DNA of 64,000 bases, taken from positions 13,468 to 77,467 of the forward strand of contig JAUILT010000001.1 in NCBI GenBank assembly GCA_030432925.1. Direction: 5' to 3'. The notes beneath the pieces were generated by a model. It saw only the letters and a list, made by a program, of their open reading frames with translations, had not been told where the DNA came from and did not search any database. A program made the translations under genes and the position numbers. The stretch is from Bdellovibrionia bacterium (GTDB lineage: Bacteria > Bdellovibrionota > Bdellovibrionia > Bdellovibrionales > UBA1609). Of the stretch, positions 47,039-56,752 are shown in pieces; position 1 is the stretch's first letter, and every line of letters starts with the position of its first letter.

Positions 47039-48208
47039 TTAACGACTGGTTCTAAAGTCCACTGTTGAGGAGCTTGCCGAAAGACCTGTGGCTCCCTTAG
47101 AAATCCCCTTCACTCTGTAGAGACGGTTAGACATAAGTCCTGTTGCGTTTACTGAGTGACTCGTCACCATACTGATGTCTTCCGTGGTAAATATTATTGC
47201 TCCTGATAAAACATCTAGAATTTCCACTTGAGATGTTGAGGCAATGTCCGTATCCCAAGTCACCGTTGCCCCACTGGTCCCAATACTACTAACGGCAATA
47301 TTTGAAAGTGTCGGAGGAACAGGATCATCACAAGGATTATCCTCTTCACCATCCGGAAGTGAGTAATTTTCAGGAGTCAAAGGCGCCCAAGTTCTATCTA
47401 ACAAACCTAAGTAGGCTTGCTGTGGCTCCGGAGGACTCTGCTTCGAGTCAAAAAATCTGGAATTTCCCTGCTTGCCACACTCAGGATCCTCTCGGTCAAC
47501 CACCTGCTCTGGCAATGGTCGCATCATGACCACCAGAGAAATGTGGTACCGAGGCCCTTGAAAATATTTTATGCGAAACTTGTATTCTGTATTTTCACCA
47601 AAATACACAGGCATCTGTCCACACCCCATTTTTGTAGGATGAGTGCCATCACTATCTACAATGGTTTCAAACTCACCATCATCATCCAAATCCATTTCCA
47701 TAACGACTCCATCATCTGCCAGAATAGCAAACTGGTAATTACCAACTGCTTGAGTCGAGTTGAGATGAATTTTTCCATGAATATCCAAGGCAAACCACTC
47801 ATACAAGGTATCTCCCTCAGGAGTCATCATTGTGGTTCCACCCTCAGTAACAAACCCCCTATTAAATGGGCGTGTTGGAAGATTCAGCTGATTAAAATAT
47901 ATATCCACATCTTCATAGGAAAGCCCATAGTCCAAGTAGTCATCAACATACTGATATTCTGGGGCATCATCTGGGAGGTAATAAAGTTGAGCTAAAACAC
48001 CTTGTCGATCATCAATGACCGAAGGTGGATGACCTCCACTGTCTGGGTCTACAACGGGATCACAGATATATGTATCCCTGTCCCTTGGAAGCTCTGCCGG
48101 CCATGTTGCTTCTGTTCCATCTTCTTGAATTGTACCTTGATCCTCACAGGCCACCAAAAATATACAGGACGCAATGAGAACCAAGATTCTTGCACAAACG
48201 TCCCGCAT
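47039..48208 (-). CDS. lipoprotein with PA14-like domain and C-terminal fibronectin-III-like domain
   Basis: Lipobox 'FLVAC'. 'GVLAQLYYLPDD...EWFALDIHGKIHL...GNYQFAILADDGVVMEMD' and 'PTLSNIAVSSIGTSGATVTWDTDIASTSQVE'. Confidence 0.65.
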   Translation of the reverse strand: MRDVCARILVLIASCIFLVACEDQGTIQEDGTEATWPAELPRDRDTYICDPVVDPDSGGHPPSVIDDRQGVLAQLYYLPDDAPEYQYVDDYLDYGLSYEDVDIYFNQLNLPTRPFNRGFVTEGGTTMMTPEGDTLYEWFALDIHGKIHLNSTQAVGNYQFAILADDGVVMEMDLDDDGEFETIVDSDGTHPTKMGCGQMPVYFGENTEYKFRIKYFQGPRYHISLVVMMRPLPEQVVDREDPECGKQGNSRFFDSKQSPPEPQQAYLGLLDRTWAPLTPENYSLPDGEEDNPCDDPVPPTLSNIAVSSIGTSGATVTWDTDIASTSQVEILDVLSGAIIFTTEDISMVTSHSVNATGLMSNRLYRVKGISKGATGLSASSSTVDFRTSR

Positions 48209-48645
48209 CGTGAATCCCTTTGGTTAGTTCTTCCTCTAGTATAAAATCTCCTCCAAGGAATGTGTGCAAAAACTGCCTATGACTGACTCGTGTTGAGAAA
48301 CAGATGAAGAGTTCCATGTAACTAGCTAAAATTTCTAAATAAATATATGATATTTTTTTAACAAACTGTGTTTCAGTTGGAGGCAAATCTTCTGGATGTA
48401 CTTTTTCGGCAAAGCTTCTGAGAAGACTGAGAAAGAACCAATAAATTATAATAGTTAGTATATTCAATAAGTTAAAGAGTTATGTAACGACTCTTAAAAA
48501 AACTCCCCCATGGCACTAGACATTAAACACCAGTTGTCATATACCTACCTCCTTAAAACCACTGAATAATCCAGCCTTTAGGCACTGTTACGGACAGGGA
48601 GGATTCAGGTCTGTTAAACGCCGTGAAGATTGAAAGGTCTACTTC

Positions 48646-49281
48646 ATGGGAAAAAAGAAGCCGGGCAAAATAGCTCGTTTTAAGATTCAAAGACGATTTG
48701 GAGCCGAACTTCCTGGCCTAGGTAAAGCAGGTGCTCTAGAGAGGCGCCCTTATCCTCCAGGGGAAAATGGAAACAAAAGAAAAAAATACTCTGACTTTGC
48801 GCTTCGCCTTGAAGAAAAACAAAAAGTCCGTTTGCACTACGGGCTGAAAGAAAAGCAGTTACGCCGTTTCATACGTGACTCCAAACGGGGCCAGGGAACC
48901 AACTGGGTTGAGAAGCTTGTTGGCCGCCTTGAATGCCGGTTGGACAACCTTGTCTTTCGAATGGGCTTTGCCCCGAGCATTCGTTCTGCACGCCAACTCG
49001 TAAGCCACGGACACATTCTTGTTAATGGTAAAAAAGTCGATGTTTCTTCTTTTGTCACCAAGGTCAGTGATGAGGTGACAATCACCGATAAAGCTAAAGA
49101 AAACCAAATTTACTTACAGGCTCAAAAGTCACCTCGCCTAGAAGTGGCTGATTTCCTTAGAGTTGAGGAAAAAGACGGAAAGCCTTTAGGAATTGTCCAA
49201 GCCGTCCCTGGCAAAGAACATGTTCCCTTTGGTTTTGATGCCGGTTTGTTTACAGAATACTATGCTGCGAGAAAAGCCTAA
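48646..49281 (+). CDS. rpsD: 30S ribosomal protein S4
   Basis: 'RLDNLVFRMGFAPSIRSARQLVSHGHILVNGKKVDVSSF'. It is monocistronic, with about 150 nt of leader. Confidence 0.95.
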   Translation: MGKKKPGKIARFKIQRRFGAELPGLGKAGALERRPYPPGENGNKRKKYSDFALRLEEKQKVRLHYGLKEKQLRRFIRDSKRGQGTNWVEKLVGRLECRLDNLVFRMGFAPSIRSARQLVSHGHILVNGKKVDVSSFVTKVSDEVTITDKAKENQIYLQAQKSPRLEVADFLRVEEKDGKPLGIVQAVPGKEHVPFGFDAGLFTEYYAARKA

Positions 49282-49295
49282 GGCAGAAAAAGACA

Positions 49296-49341
49296 AAAAG
49301 CCTCTCTCCTGCAGAAAATAAGTGCTGGATTGAGGCTTTTT
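49296..49341. terminator. long imperfect hairpin/terminator between the convergent rpsD and YceI-like genes
   Basis: aaaagcctc (49296-49304) pairs with gaggctttt (49332-49340). Inner pairing tcctgca/tgctgga adds to the stem. An A-run lies before it and a T-run after it. Confidence 0.5.
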
Positions 49342-49343
49342 AC

Positions 49344-49985
49344 TTAGCGGTCTAGAAAAAATGAAGAACCAAGTATTTTCTTTGGCTGCAATTGAAATAA
49401 TAAACTTAAATCCTTACTCACCTTTGCTCCGATCCCTCCCCACAGTCGTGGTGGTTTCAAGTCAAAGTCCTTAAATTTTGTGGATATCACCCCTTGAATA
49501 GCCATCTGCTTTCCACCATTATTTTCAACAATTTCAATTTGGGCCACAACAGGGTACTCTTTACCCGCAATTTTTAAAAACCCCTTAAGATCAAATCTTC
49601 CTGCAGAGATTTTTTCTTTCCAAATATTCAAGGTCAGGGACTCTGAATGAAAATCTAAATTTTTTTGTGACTCTACTTTAAGAAATTTAGCAACATCTCG
49701 ATCTCTTTCTACTTCTCCACTTTCAAAACTGAGAATGGGAACAGAGACTTCCACATGAAATAAATTTCCAGGTTCAGGAATAACTTCTGAAGAAATATCA
49801 CAGTTTTTACCAATGACGCCAACGGAAGCAATAAAAAACACTCGCTTTTTCGTCTTGTAGGCAACACAGTGCTCTTCTACTGAGAAAACCTCACTAGAAA
49901 ACAACGAGGCCGTAGAACCCCAAACCTGTGCAGGACTCATAAGAAAAGTTAGAATAGATACATAATAGAGCAGAGAGTCCTTCAT
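49344..49985 (-). CDS. YceI-like periplasmic protein (putative)
   Basis: It has a signal peptide. 'FHSESLTL...GRFDLKGFLKIAGKEYPVVAQIEIV...FKDFDLKPP' resembles the YceI fold pattern. Its start overlaps the upstream stop by 1 nt. Confidence 0.5.
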   Translation of the reverse strand: MKDSLLYYVSILTFLMSPAQVWGSTASLFSSEVFSVEEHCVAYKTKKRVFFIASVGVIGKNCDISSEVIPEPGNLFHVEVSVPILSFESGEVERDRDVAKFLKVESQKNLDFHSESLTLNIWKEKISAGRFDLKGFLKIAGKEYPVVAQIEIVENNGGKQMAIQGVISTKFKDFDLKPPRLWGGIGAKVSKDLSLLFQLQPKKILGSSFFLDR

Positions 49986-50584
49986 TACCCCTCAGACTTG
50001 CTTTTCTCAGCCTCTACTTTTTTCTTTTTTATTTCGAACTCTTTACTCTTCACAGCAGCATCACAAATATCCACTTTTTCCTCATACTCATCCTGACGCT
50101 TTTGCAAAGTTCTTTTATATTTTTTAAAGCGTTTGATCCGGTCTTTCAAAAATTCTTCAGAAACACCTACAATTTTTTCTTTTTCATCAATTCCTATTTC
50201 AAAATCCTCTTCTTTGTCAGTGACACGATCAATGGGCTCTGTCCACATGAGCTTGCCATCGCCACCCATCTCACGAGAAACAAGTTTTAACCGACAGGCT
50301 TTCAAGGTGCCATACAAACCTTTAGACCCGTACTTACGATTTCCATAAACTCGATCTTCCAAACCATAGACTTCATTTTGTAATCTTCGAAGCTCCTCAT
50401 TCATTTGAACTTTCTTTTGCACCACAAGATTTCCATCCTTGATGCCCATTTTAGTATCACCAGAAACTGTGGAGTTTTTGTCCATTTTGGTTTCAATTTT
50501 TTCGGCTTTATGAGGATTACTGGAGCACGCACTCAAAACAACGGCCACAGCCAAAACACCCATAATGAGCAGCTTATTCTTCAT
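49985..50584 (-). CDS. lipoprotein, Lys/Glu-rich (hypothetical)
   Basis: Lipobox 'VVLSAC'. Confidence 0.6.
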   Translation of the reverse strand: MKNKLLIMGVLAVAVVLSACSSNPHKAEKIETKMDKNSTVSGDTKMGIKDGNLVVQKKVQMNEELRRLQNEVYGLEDRVYGNRKYGSKGLYGTLKACRLKLVSREMGGDGKLMWTEPIDRVTDKEEDFEIGIDEKEKIVGVSEEFLKDRIKRFKKYKRTLQKRQDEYEEKVDICDAAVKSKEFEIKKKKVEAEKSKSEG

Positions 50585-50710
50585 AGAACACCTCTCCTAT
50601 AACAAGGTTGATCACTTTTGAAGGCCATTATGACATGTCTAATAGCAATGAAAACACTGATTTTTTTATCTACTGACAAGATGCATGAATCTGCTTATTT
50701 TCATAGCAAA

Positions 50711-51478
50711 CTATTCACTCAACCGCTCATAAAAAACACTCTTCATTGCATGAGCCTTATCCGAGAGCTTTAAACCTCTTAAAGTTGAAAACTTTCGTTT
50801 TACTACAGGAAATAGCTTTTCCGGAATACTATCTAGAGTCATTGCACCCAGCCAATCGTCAATAGGCTGGCTTTGAAGCTGTTCAGCCAACTCTCCAGAG
50901 GCCCAGGCTTGAATGTCTCCAATAGGAGTGCAACTCTTAGAGGGCTGACTTTGCCAATGGAGTCCATCCAACTCAAGACTAAGTTCTGCATCCACTCCAA
51001 TACCTGTTTTTAGAATCAAAGACTGAATACGAAACCCAATTTCTGTAGTAAGACTCTGCTCTCCGTGCATAGACACCTTCAAGCGCTCCCCAAGATCCAC
51101 ACAGACGGACTCCCAAACAACACCATTAGGAAGAGGCACTGAAGAGGCCAAAGACCAAAGCCCTTGCCCTAGAGCCTCGAGCGTCAACACAGAGCTTTCC
51201 CACTTCATCTCATTAAGAAACCTATGATCCCAGACTTTGAGTGAGTCTTGTATTTTTTCTTGTAGACCCTCAATAGTTTTGACCTGTGGCCATCCACCAT
51301 TAACAACGGGAATACTCACTGTGCCTGTCAGCAAAAAGTTTCCCCCACAACCTTCGGGGCTATATAAGCTCCCCAACCACTTCTGGTTTTCTGCAAAACT
51401 CCAGTCAGGATGGACCATACAAAAGCCACAGCTCACCCATTGATGGACAGAATAAGAATGGACAATTTGTACACTCAT
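50711..51478 (-). CDS. hypothetical protein (weak PTPS/QueD-like pattern)
   Basis: ATG start, 255 aa. 'GNFLLTGTVSIPVVNGGWPQVKTIEGLQEKIQDSLKVWDHRFLNE' is loosely like 6-pyruvoyl-tetrahydropterin synthase family strands; this is unverified. Confidence 0.45.
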   Translation of the reverse strand: MSVQIVHSYSVHQWVSCGFCMVHPDWSFAENQKWLGSLYSPEGCGGNFLLTGTVSIPVVNGGWPQVKTIEGLQEKIQDSLKVWDHRFLNEMKWESSVLTLEALGQGLWSLASSVPLPNGVVWESVCVDLGERLKVSMHGEQSLTTEIGFRIQSLILKTGIGVDAELSLELDGLHWQSQPSKSCTPIGDIQAWASGELAEQLQSQPIDDWLGAMTLDSIPEKLFPVVKRKFSTLRGLKLSDKAHAMKSVFYERLSE

Positions 51479-51617
51479 AGTCTGGTATCATGCCTGCTTT
51501 ACTCCATCATGTACAAGTTTTAACCGATCCGGCATGAATTTTAAAGATTGAATTTTGAACAGCCCTTCGGAATACTGAAAAAGCATAAAAAACACACAGA
51601 ACTTCAAGAGGTGCTCC

Positions 51618-53309
51618 ATGAGTCAGCCCATAGATAAAATCTGGTTAAAAAATTATCCCAAAGGTATCCCTCACGAAATTGATCCAAACAAATACCAGTC
51701 CATCACTGAATTATTTGAGATCAGTTGCAAAAAGTACAGAAACAATGTGGCATTTAAAAACTTTGGTGCCACTCTCACTTATGATGAACTTTTCAAGGCT
51801 TCAGCGGACTTTGCTTCTTTTTTACAAAATACAGCTGGCTTAAAAAAAGGGGATCGTGTTGCCATTCAAATGCCCAACGTTATGCAATATCCAGTGGCAT
51901 TATTTGGAGCCTTAAGAGCCGGGCTTGTTGTAGTCAATACCAACCCCCTCTACAGCCCCAGAGAGATGGAGCATCAATTCAATGATTCCGGAGCCAAAGC
52001 TCTTGTTGTCCTTGAAACCTGTGCCCACAATACTGAACAAATTCTTCACAAGACTGGTATTGAAACAGTGGTCGTCACTGGAGTAGGAGATATGTTGGGT
52101 TGGCCCAAAAGCCTTCTTATCAATTCAGTGATCCGACATGTAAAAAAAATGGTTCCCAAGTATAACCTTCCAAAAGCCTACAGGTGGTTTGAAGCACTGG
52201 ACCTGGGCTCAGAAAAACCTTTTACTCCCACTGTCACTGGACATGAGGACCTTGCCTTTCTGCAATACACGGGAGGCACAACAGGCGTGGCCAAAGGCGC
52301 TATGCTCACCAATAGAAATATCATTGCAAATATGCTTCAAATTAAATCCTGGATCAGCCCATCTCTAAATGAAGGAGAGGAAGTAGCTATTCTAGCTCTC
52401 CCCTTGTATCATATATTTTCCCTAACGCTCAATGGTTTAGCCATTATTGACTTTGGCGGAACCAACCTAATGGTCACAAACCCAAGAGATATCCCCGGCT
52501 TTATTAAAACTCTTAAAAAAGAACGGTTCACGCTGTTTCCAGGAGTCAATACCCTATTCAATGCGCTTTTAAACCATGAAGACTTCGACAGTATCCACTG
52601 GAAACAGTGCAAAGTTGCTGTAGCTGGAGGAATGGCTCTTCAAACAAAAGTTGCTTTGGAATGGAAAGATCGAACCAAAGGAATTATCGTGGAAGGCTAC
52701 GGCCTCACTGAAACTTCTCCTGTGGCCTCAGTAAACCCCATTAATGGGACTGACCGGGTGGGCACCATTGGCCTACCAGTTCCCTCTACAGAAATCTGCC
52801 TCATGGACGATAATGAGAATAGAGTTCCTCTCAACGAACGAGGAGAAATCTGTATTCGAGGTCCTCAGGTCATGAAGGGGTACTGGCAGCGTCCTGAAGA
52901 AACTGCCTGTGTAATGACCAAAGACGGTTGGTTTAAGTCTGGCGATATTGGGATTATGGACGAAGATGGCTTTACTAAAATTGTAGATCGTAAAAAAGAT
53001 ATGATTTTAGTCTCGGGCTTCAATGTTTATCCCAACGAAATAGAAGATGTTCTAGCTATGAATCAAAAAGTATTAGAAGTCGCTGCTATCGGTATTCCTG
53101 ATGAAAAAGCCACCGAAGTTGTCAAAGTCTTTATCGTAAAAAAAGATCTCACCCTTACTGAAGAAGAAGTCATTTCCCACTGCAAAAAACACCTCACTGG
53201 CTACAAGGTCCCCCGAGCGGTTGAGTTTCGAGAGGATCTCCCCAAAACCAATGTTGGGAAAATTTTAAGACGAGCTTTAAGGGACGAAGTCACTCATTTG
53301 AACTTATAG
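51618..53309 (+). CDS. fadD: long-chain-fatty-acid--CoA ligase
   Basis: AMP-binding motif 'LQYTGGTTGVAKGAMLTNRN'; 'GYGLTETSP'; 'SGDIGIMDEDGFTKIVDRKKD'; 'PKTNVGKILRR'. Confidence 0.9.
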   Translation: MSQPIDKIWLKNYPKGIPHEIDPNKYQSITELFEISCKKYRNNVAFKNFGATLTYDELFKASADFASFLQNTAGLKKGDRVAIQMPNVMQYPVALFGALRAGLVVVNTNPLYSPREMEHQFNDSGAKALVVLETCAHNTEQILHKTGIETVVVTGVGDMLGWPKSLLINSVIRHVKKMVPKYNLPKAYRWFEALDLGSEKPFTPTVTGHEDLAFLQYTGGTTGVAKGAMLTNRNIIANMLQIKSWISPSLNEGEEVAILALPLYHIFSLTLNGLAIIDFGGTNLMVTNPRDIPGFIKTLKKERFTLFPGVNTLFNALLNHEDFDSIHWKQCKVAVAGGMALQTKVALEWKDRTKGIIVEGYGLTETSPVASVNPINGTDRVGTIGLPVPSTEICLMDDNENRVPLNERGEICIRGPQVMKGYWQRPEETACVMTKDGWFKSGDIGIMDEDGFTKIVDRKKDMILVSGFNVYPNEIEDVLAMNQKVLEVAAIGIPDEKATEVVKVFIVKKDLTLTEEEVISHCKKHLTGYKVPRAVEFREDLPKTNVGKILRRALRDEVTHLNL

Positions 53310-53421
53310 CTTACGACTAGAGTCCAGGTGCGGCGCAGTAATTAGAACTCCTTATTGCACTTTTGGCCAGTCAGCGCGCAGACTAAGACCTCATGGAAGA
53401 ATCACAATACATGGAGATATT

Positions 53422-54930
53422 ATGAAACGTATACTTTTATTTGCTTTTTTTATATTTTCGGCGGCCTCACAGGCCGGTGAATACATTGTAAAGTTCAAAG
53501 ACCACACTCATATGGGACTGACTCAGGCCGCCCAAAGCCTAGGGCTTAAAGTCCAAGATACACACGAAAAAGGCCGATTGGTTCAGGTAAAGATTCCCGA
53601 TAATCAATTGCTTGAAAAATATAAACAAATCAAAAATAACAAAAATGTTGAGTACATTGTTGAGACATTTCCGCTGAAAGCTTTTCGCGCGCCCTACACT
53701 TTAGCAGAGCTACGTGAGCAATGGGCTCTTGCTAAAGTGAACGCAGAAAAAGCCTGGCAATTGGCCGGAAATAAAGGCCATAGAAACATCATTGTAGCTG
53801 TGATTGATACTGGTGTGGACTACAATCATGAGTCTCTAAGTCCCAATATGGTGCCTGGCTATGACTTCAATGCCAACGACGATGACCCTATGGATGAGAC
53901 CAGTTTTCAAAACCCTGGCCACGGCACTCACTGTGCCGGAGTTGTGGGGGCTACAGGTGAGGTCAATGGCGGAATTGTGGGGCTAAGTGCCAGAGTCTCC
54001 ATTATGCCCCTTAGGTTTCTCGGAGCCAATGGCAGTGGGGATTTAATGGCTGGCATTAAGGCTATCGACTACGCTATCGAACACGGTGCTAAAGTGATCT
54101 CTGCTAGCTGGGGAGCCGAAGTACAAAAGTCTCAAGCAGAGCCTCTTATTGAAGCTGTCAAACGAGCCAGTGATGCCGGCGTTATTTTTATTGCCGCTGC
54201 TGGAAATAGTAATAAAAATAATGACACCAGTGGCTTTTGGCCCGCCAACGCAAAATTTGAAAATACAATCACAGTTGCTGCCAGCAATTCTTCTGATGGC
54301 AAACCCAGTTGGTCCAACTACGGACGAGCGATTGTTGACTTGGCTGCCCCTGGTGAAAATATTATGAGCACCATCCCTGGTAACAAATATAAAAATCTCA
54401 GTGGTACTTCCATGGCAACCCCTTTAGTATCTAGTCTTGTTGCCCTACTCGCCTCTCAAAACCCTGAGATAACTGGTGCAGAAGCCCGCTCTCTTATTCA
54501 GGCCACTGGCGCTCAAGTAGATATCCAAACAGCATGTAACTGCCGCATTGATGCTGGTGCTGCTATGGAAGCCTTGAAGAATAACACCATGATTGTTGTT
54601 CCAGCGGCTGGAACTATTGCCCCCAACTCTACTTCCAAGTTTTCTGCCTTTCAAGGGACAGCCCCGTTGTCCTTTACCAGCTCGAATACAAATGTAGCTG
54701 ATATTGCTGCTGACGGAACTTTTACAGCTAAGACTAAAGGAGAAACTACAATTACTGTGACCGACGCTCATGGCAAAACAGCCACTTCTCTACCCATTCG
54801 CGTGGCTGAACTCAGTGATGGGGGTGGCGGTGGGGGAACCCCTCCCCCTGGTGACGGTCAATGTCCGTTTGACCCACAAACATGTGAGCTTATTTGTGGT
54901 ATAGCACCTGATATGCCTTGGTGCCAATAG
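53422..54930 (+). CDS. secreted subtilisin-family (S8) protease with Big_2-like domain and Cys-rich C-terminal tail
   Basis: Triad motifs VAVIDTGVDYNHE / HGTHCAGVVGA / GTSMATPLVSS. Big_2-like 'SSNTNVADIAADGTFTAKTKGETTITVTD'. The tail is 'GGGGGGTPPPGDGQCPFDPQTCELICGIAPDMPWCQ'. Confidence 0.9.
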   Translation: MKRILLFAFFIFSAASQAGEYIVKFKDHTHMGLTQAAQSLGLKVQDTHEKGRLVQVKIPDNQLLEKYKQIKNNKNVEYIVETFPLKAFRAPYTLAELREQWALAKVNAEKAWQLAGNKGHRNIIVAVIDTGVDYNHESLSPNMVPGYDFNANDDDPMDETSFQNPGHGTHCAGVVGATGEVNGGIVGLSARVSIMPLRFLGANGSGDLMAGIKAIDYAIEHGAKVISASWGAEVQKSQAEPLIEAVKRASDAGVIFIAAAGNSNKNNDTSGFWPANAKFENTITVAASNSSDGKPSWSNYGRAIVDLAAPGENIMSTIPGNKYKNLSGTSMATPLVSSLVALLASQNPEITGAEARSLIQATGAQVDIQTACNCRIDAGAAMEALKNNTMIVVPAAGTIAPNSTSKFSAFQGTAPLSFTSSNTNVADIAADGTFTAKTKGETTITVTDAHGKTATSLPIRVAELSDGGGGGGTPPPGDGQCPFDPQTCELICGIAPDMPWCQ

Positions 54931-54943
54931 CTACAAAAACATT

Positions 54944-54975
54944 GGGCCCATGTTCAACATACATGGGCCTTTTTC
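54944..54975 (+). terminator. rho-independent terminator of the S8 protease gene
   Basis: gggcccatg / catgggcc stem followed by ttttt (54970-54974). Confidence 0.7.
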
Positions 54976-55038
54976 TCAAAAAGGTGAAACATCAAAACCT
55001 TGTCTTCAAATCAAGTCAAATAAACAAGAATAGAGCTT

Positions 55039-55452
55039 CTATTCAGCAAATATAAGAGCTCTGTAATTGAGCGAAGATGCTCTACGCCCTACCCTACTAG
55101 TTCTCGCTTTTACATCAATGTGCTCAATACAGGCCTGACGGTTCAATAAAATATCCACTCCTCGAGACGTCAGGATTTTTCCACTAAACTCAACTTTTTG
55201 AGGTTGTCCGGCAGCAAAATAAATATATACGGTCTCAAGACGGAGCCTTTTCTTCTTTTTAAACACTCCGAGTCTTTTTATTTGAACTTTTGAAAGGGCT
55301 CCATAAGAACACCCCACAGGCACCCTCTCGATTGTAGAACTTCTACCAAATTTTCCTGTTTCTGCAGAAAAACTTTCAGCGAACCCCGTTGAACAAAACC
55401 AAAACCCCAAAACAACAAAAGATAACAATACAGGTTTTCTTAGTGGAAACAT
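55039..55452 (-). CDS. hypothetical secreted protein
   Basis: RBS GGAAGGGGGG; signal peptide 'LLSFVVLGFWFCSTGFA'. Confidence 0.55.
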   Translation of the reverse strand: MFPLRKPVLLSFVVLGFWFCSTGFAESFSAETGKFGRSSTIERVPVGCSYGALSKVQIKRLGVFKKKKRLRLETVYIYFAAGQPQKVEFSGKILTSRGVDILLNRQACIEHIDVKARTSRVGRRASSLNYRALIFAE

Positions 55453-55533
55453 TTTACCCCCCTTCCTCTTGTCTTCACTAATAATATTTATGATATGTGG
55501 TCAAACAAATTCATAAACGCAAGTGAGTTGAAA

Positions 55534-55704
55534 ATGACTCCCAAGGGGCAAATTGTCATCCCTGAAGAGATCGTCAGCACCGCCCCTTTAGAGCCAAAAA
55601 TAGAGAAACAGAACCAAAATTCCAAGAAAATGTGCACTCGACTGAAGTTCTTGGAGGGCTTCACCATCATTATTCGTTTGTTGGATGAATTTTTGCTATG
55701 GACA
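55534..55704 (+). mobile_element. collapsed remnant of an AbrB-antitoxin/PIN/rve-transposase module (antitoxin head joined directly to transposase tail)
   Basis: 55534-55572 aligns with 60816-60854 (the antitoxin start). 55574-55704 aligns without gaps with 61952-62082 (the last ~37 codons of the rve gene, its stop, and 16 nt beyond). The final ~55 nt are identical. Confidence 0.7.
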
Positions 55705-56406
55705 GCTTTAAAAGGTGCTTTAAGAGCTAAGGGAGTGTCTTATAAAGATCTAGCCGAATCTTTGTCACTGAGCGAAGCCAGCATAAAAAGAATTTTTTCC
55801 ACAGGCTCATTTAGCCTAGATCGCTTTTTAGAGATTTGTGAAGTATCGGGGATCACACCTCAAAGCCTATTTAGCTTAATGAGTGAAAAATCGGCAAAGG
55901 TGTATGAATATAGCGAGATACAAGAGCAATTTTTTGTTGAAAACCCGAACCATTTATCCTTTTTTGATCTACTCCTGAAGGGTAATTCACCTAAATCAAT
56001 AGCCAAGAAGCACGAGCTAACAATCACTCAAGTTCAAAAGTTTCTACGAGATCTCGAAAAAATCGACCTTGTAGATTGGTTAGCCGGAGATCGAGCAAAA
56101 TTAAAGGTATCTAGGAATGTTCGCTGGCGAAAAGGCGGCCCACTGAAGCAAAAACTCTTGCCGAAGGCAAGAGAAGAGTTTTTAAGAAGCTCTTTTGAAG
56201 ATATACACGCGGAGAGTAAATTTATGCTAATAGACCTGTCCGAAAGAAATCAGAAGAAATTGAAAGTTCGCTTTCATGAACTCATCGAAGACCTTTCAAA
56301 AGACTCTAGTATCGATCAATTGGCAAAATCGAAACGAGAAACAATTGGTATATTTTTGGCTTATCGACCCTGGAACTTTTCGTTACTTAAGACTCCAAAA
56401 ATGTGA
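55630..56406 (+). CDS. XRE-type HTH transcriptional regulator (two-domain)
   Basis: 'LKGALRAKGVSYKDLAESLSLSEASIKRIFSTGS' is an HTH_3-like helix-turn-helix. The frame is open back to 55495 through the transposase-tail remnant, so the true start (ATG 55630 or a TTG near 55676-55681) is uncertain. Confidence 0.6.
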   Translation: MCTRLKFLEGFTIIIRLLDEFLLWTALKGALRAKGVSYKDLAESLSLSEASIKRIFSTGSFSLDRFLEICEVSGITPQSLFSLMSEKSAKVYEYSEIQEQFFVENPNHLSFFDLLLKGNSPKSIAKKHELTITQVQKFLRDLEKIDLVDWLAGDRAKLKVSRNVRWRKGGPLKQKLLPKAREEFLRSSFEDIHAESKFMLIDLSERNQKKLKVRFHELIEDLSKDSSIDQLAKSKRETIGIFLAYRPWNFSLLKTPKM

Positions 56407-56632
56407 CTGGCAAAGAAACTTTCGATACTTGAGATATCGTGACTTAGCGATGTCTTAGCCATAAGAAAATATTGACTTAAGTATAAATTGCACTGAGACC
56501 ATGTCTTGTTAACAGAACATAGGCGCCATGGTGTACCAAGGTTGAGAGTGCGTATTTTCAAAAAGAAAAATTACTGTAGAATCATCAACTTAAGAGTTCT
56601 GGTTTTTTTCACTCAAGACAGACTGTTAACAA

Positions 56633-56752
56633 ATGTTAATGGATAATTTCAAGATTGCTTTTGTCTCATTGCTCGGTGGTTTTGCTCTTGCTAATTTGCA
56701 TCCAGTAATCGCGATTCAGTTAAACTATAAAAGTCAACGAATGGGGGAATGA
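56633..56752 (+). CDS. possible 39-aa hydrophobic leader peptide ORF
   Basis: It encodes MLMDNFKIAFVSLLGGFALANLHPVIAIQLNYKSQRMGE. Its stop overlaps the ATG of the next gene (ATGA). There is no clear RBS, and it is below the ORF-track size cutoff. Confidence 0.2.
   Translation: MLMDNFKIAFVSLLGGFALANLHPVIAIQLNYKSQRMGE

Noticed and set aside
47302-48244. Plus-strand ORFs of 75, 192 and 80 aa antisense to the PA14 lipoprotein gene
   Set aside because: They lie entirely inside a gene with clear domain motifs on the other strand. Their composition is low-complexity and stop-poor, with no RBS or motifs. I treat them as shadow ORFs.
48144-48467. 107-aa minus-strand ORF in the rpsD / PA14-operon divergent intergenic region
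   Set aside because: It overlaps the start of the lipoprotein gene in another frame, has no RBS and has an implausible sequence. The region is better explained as promoters plus the rpsD leader.
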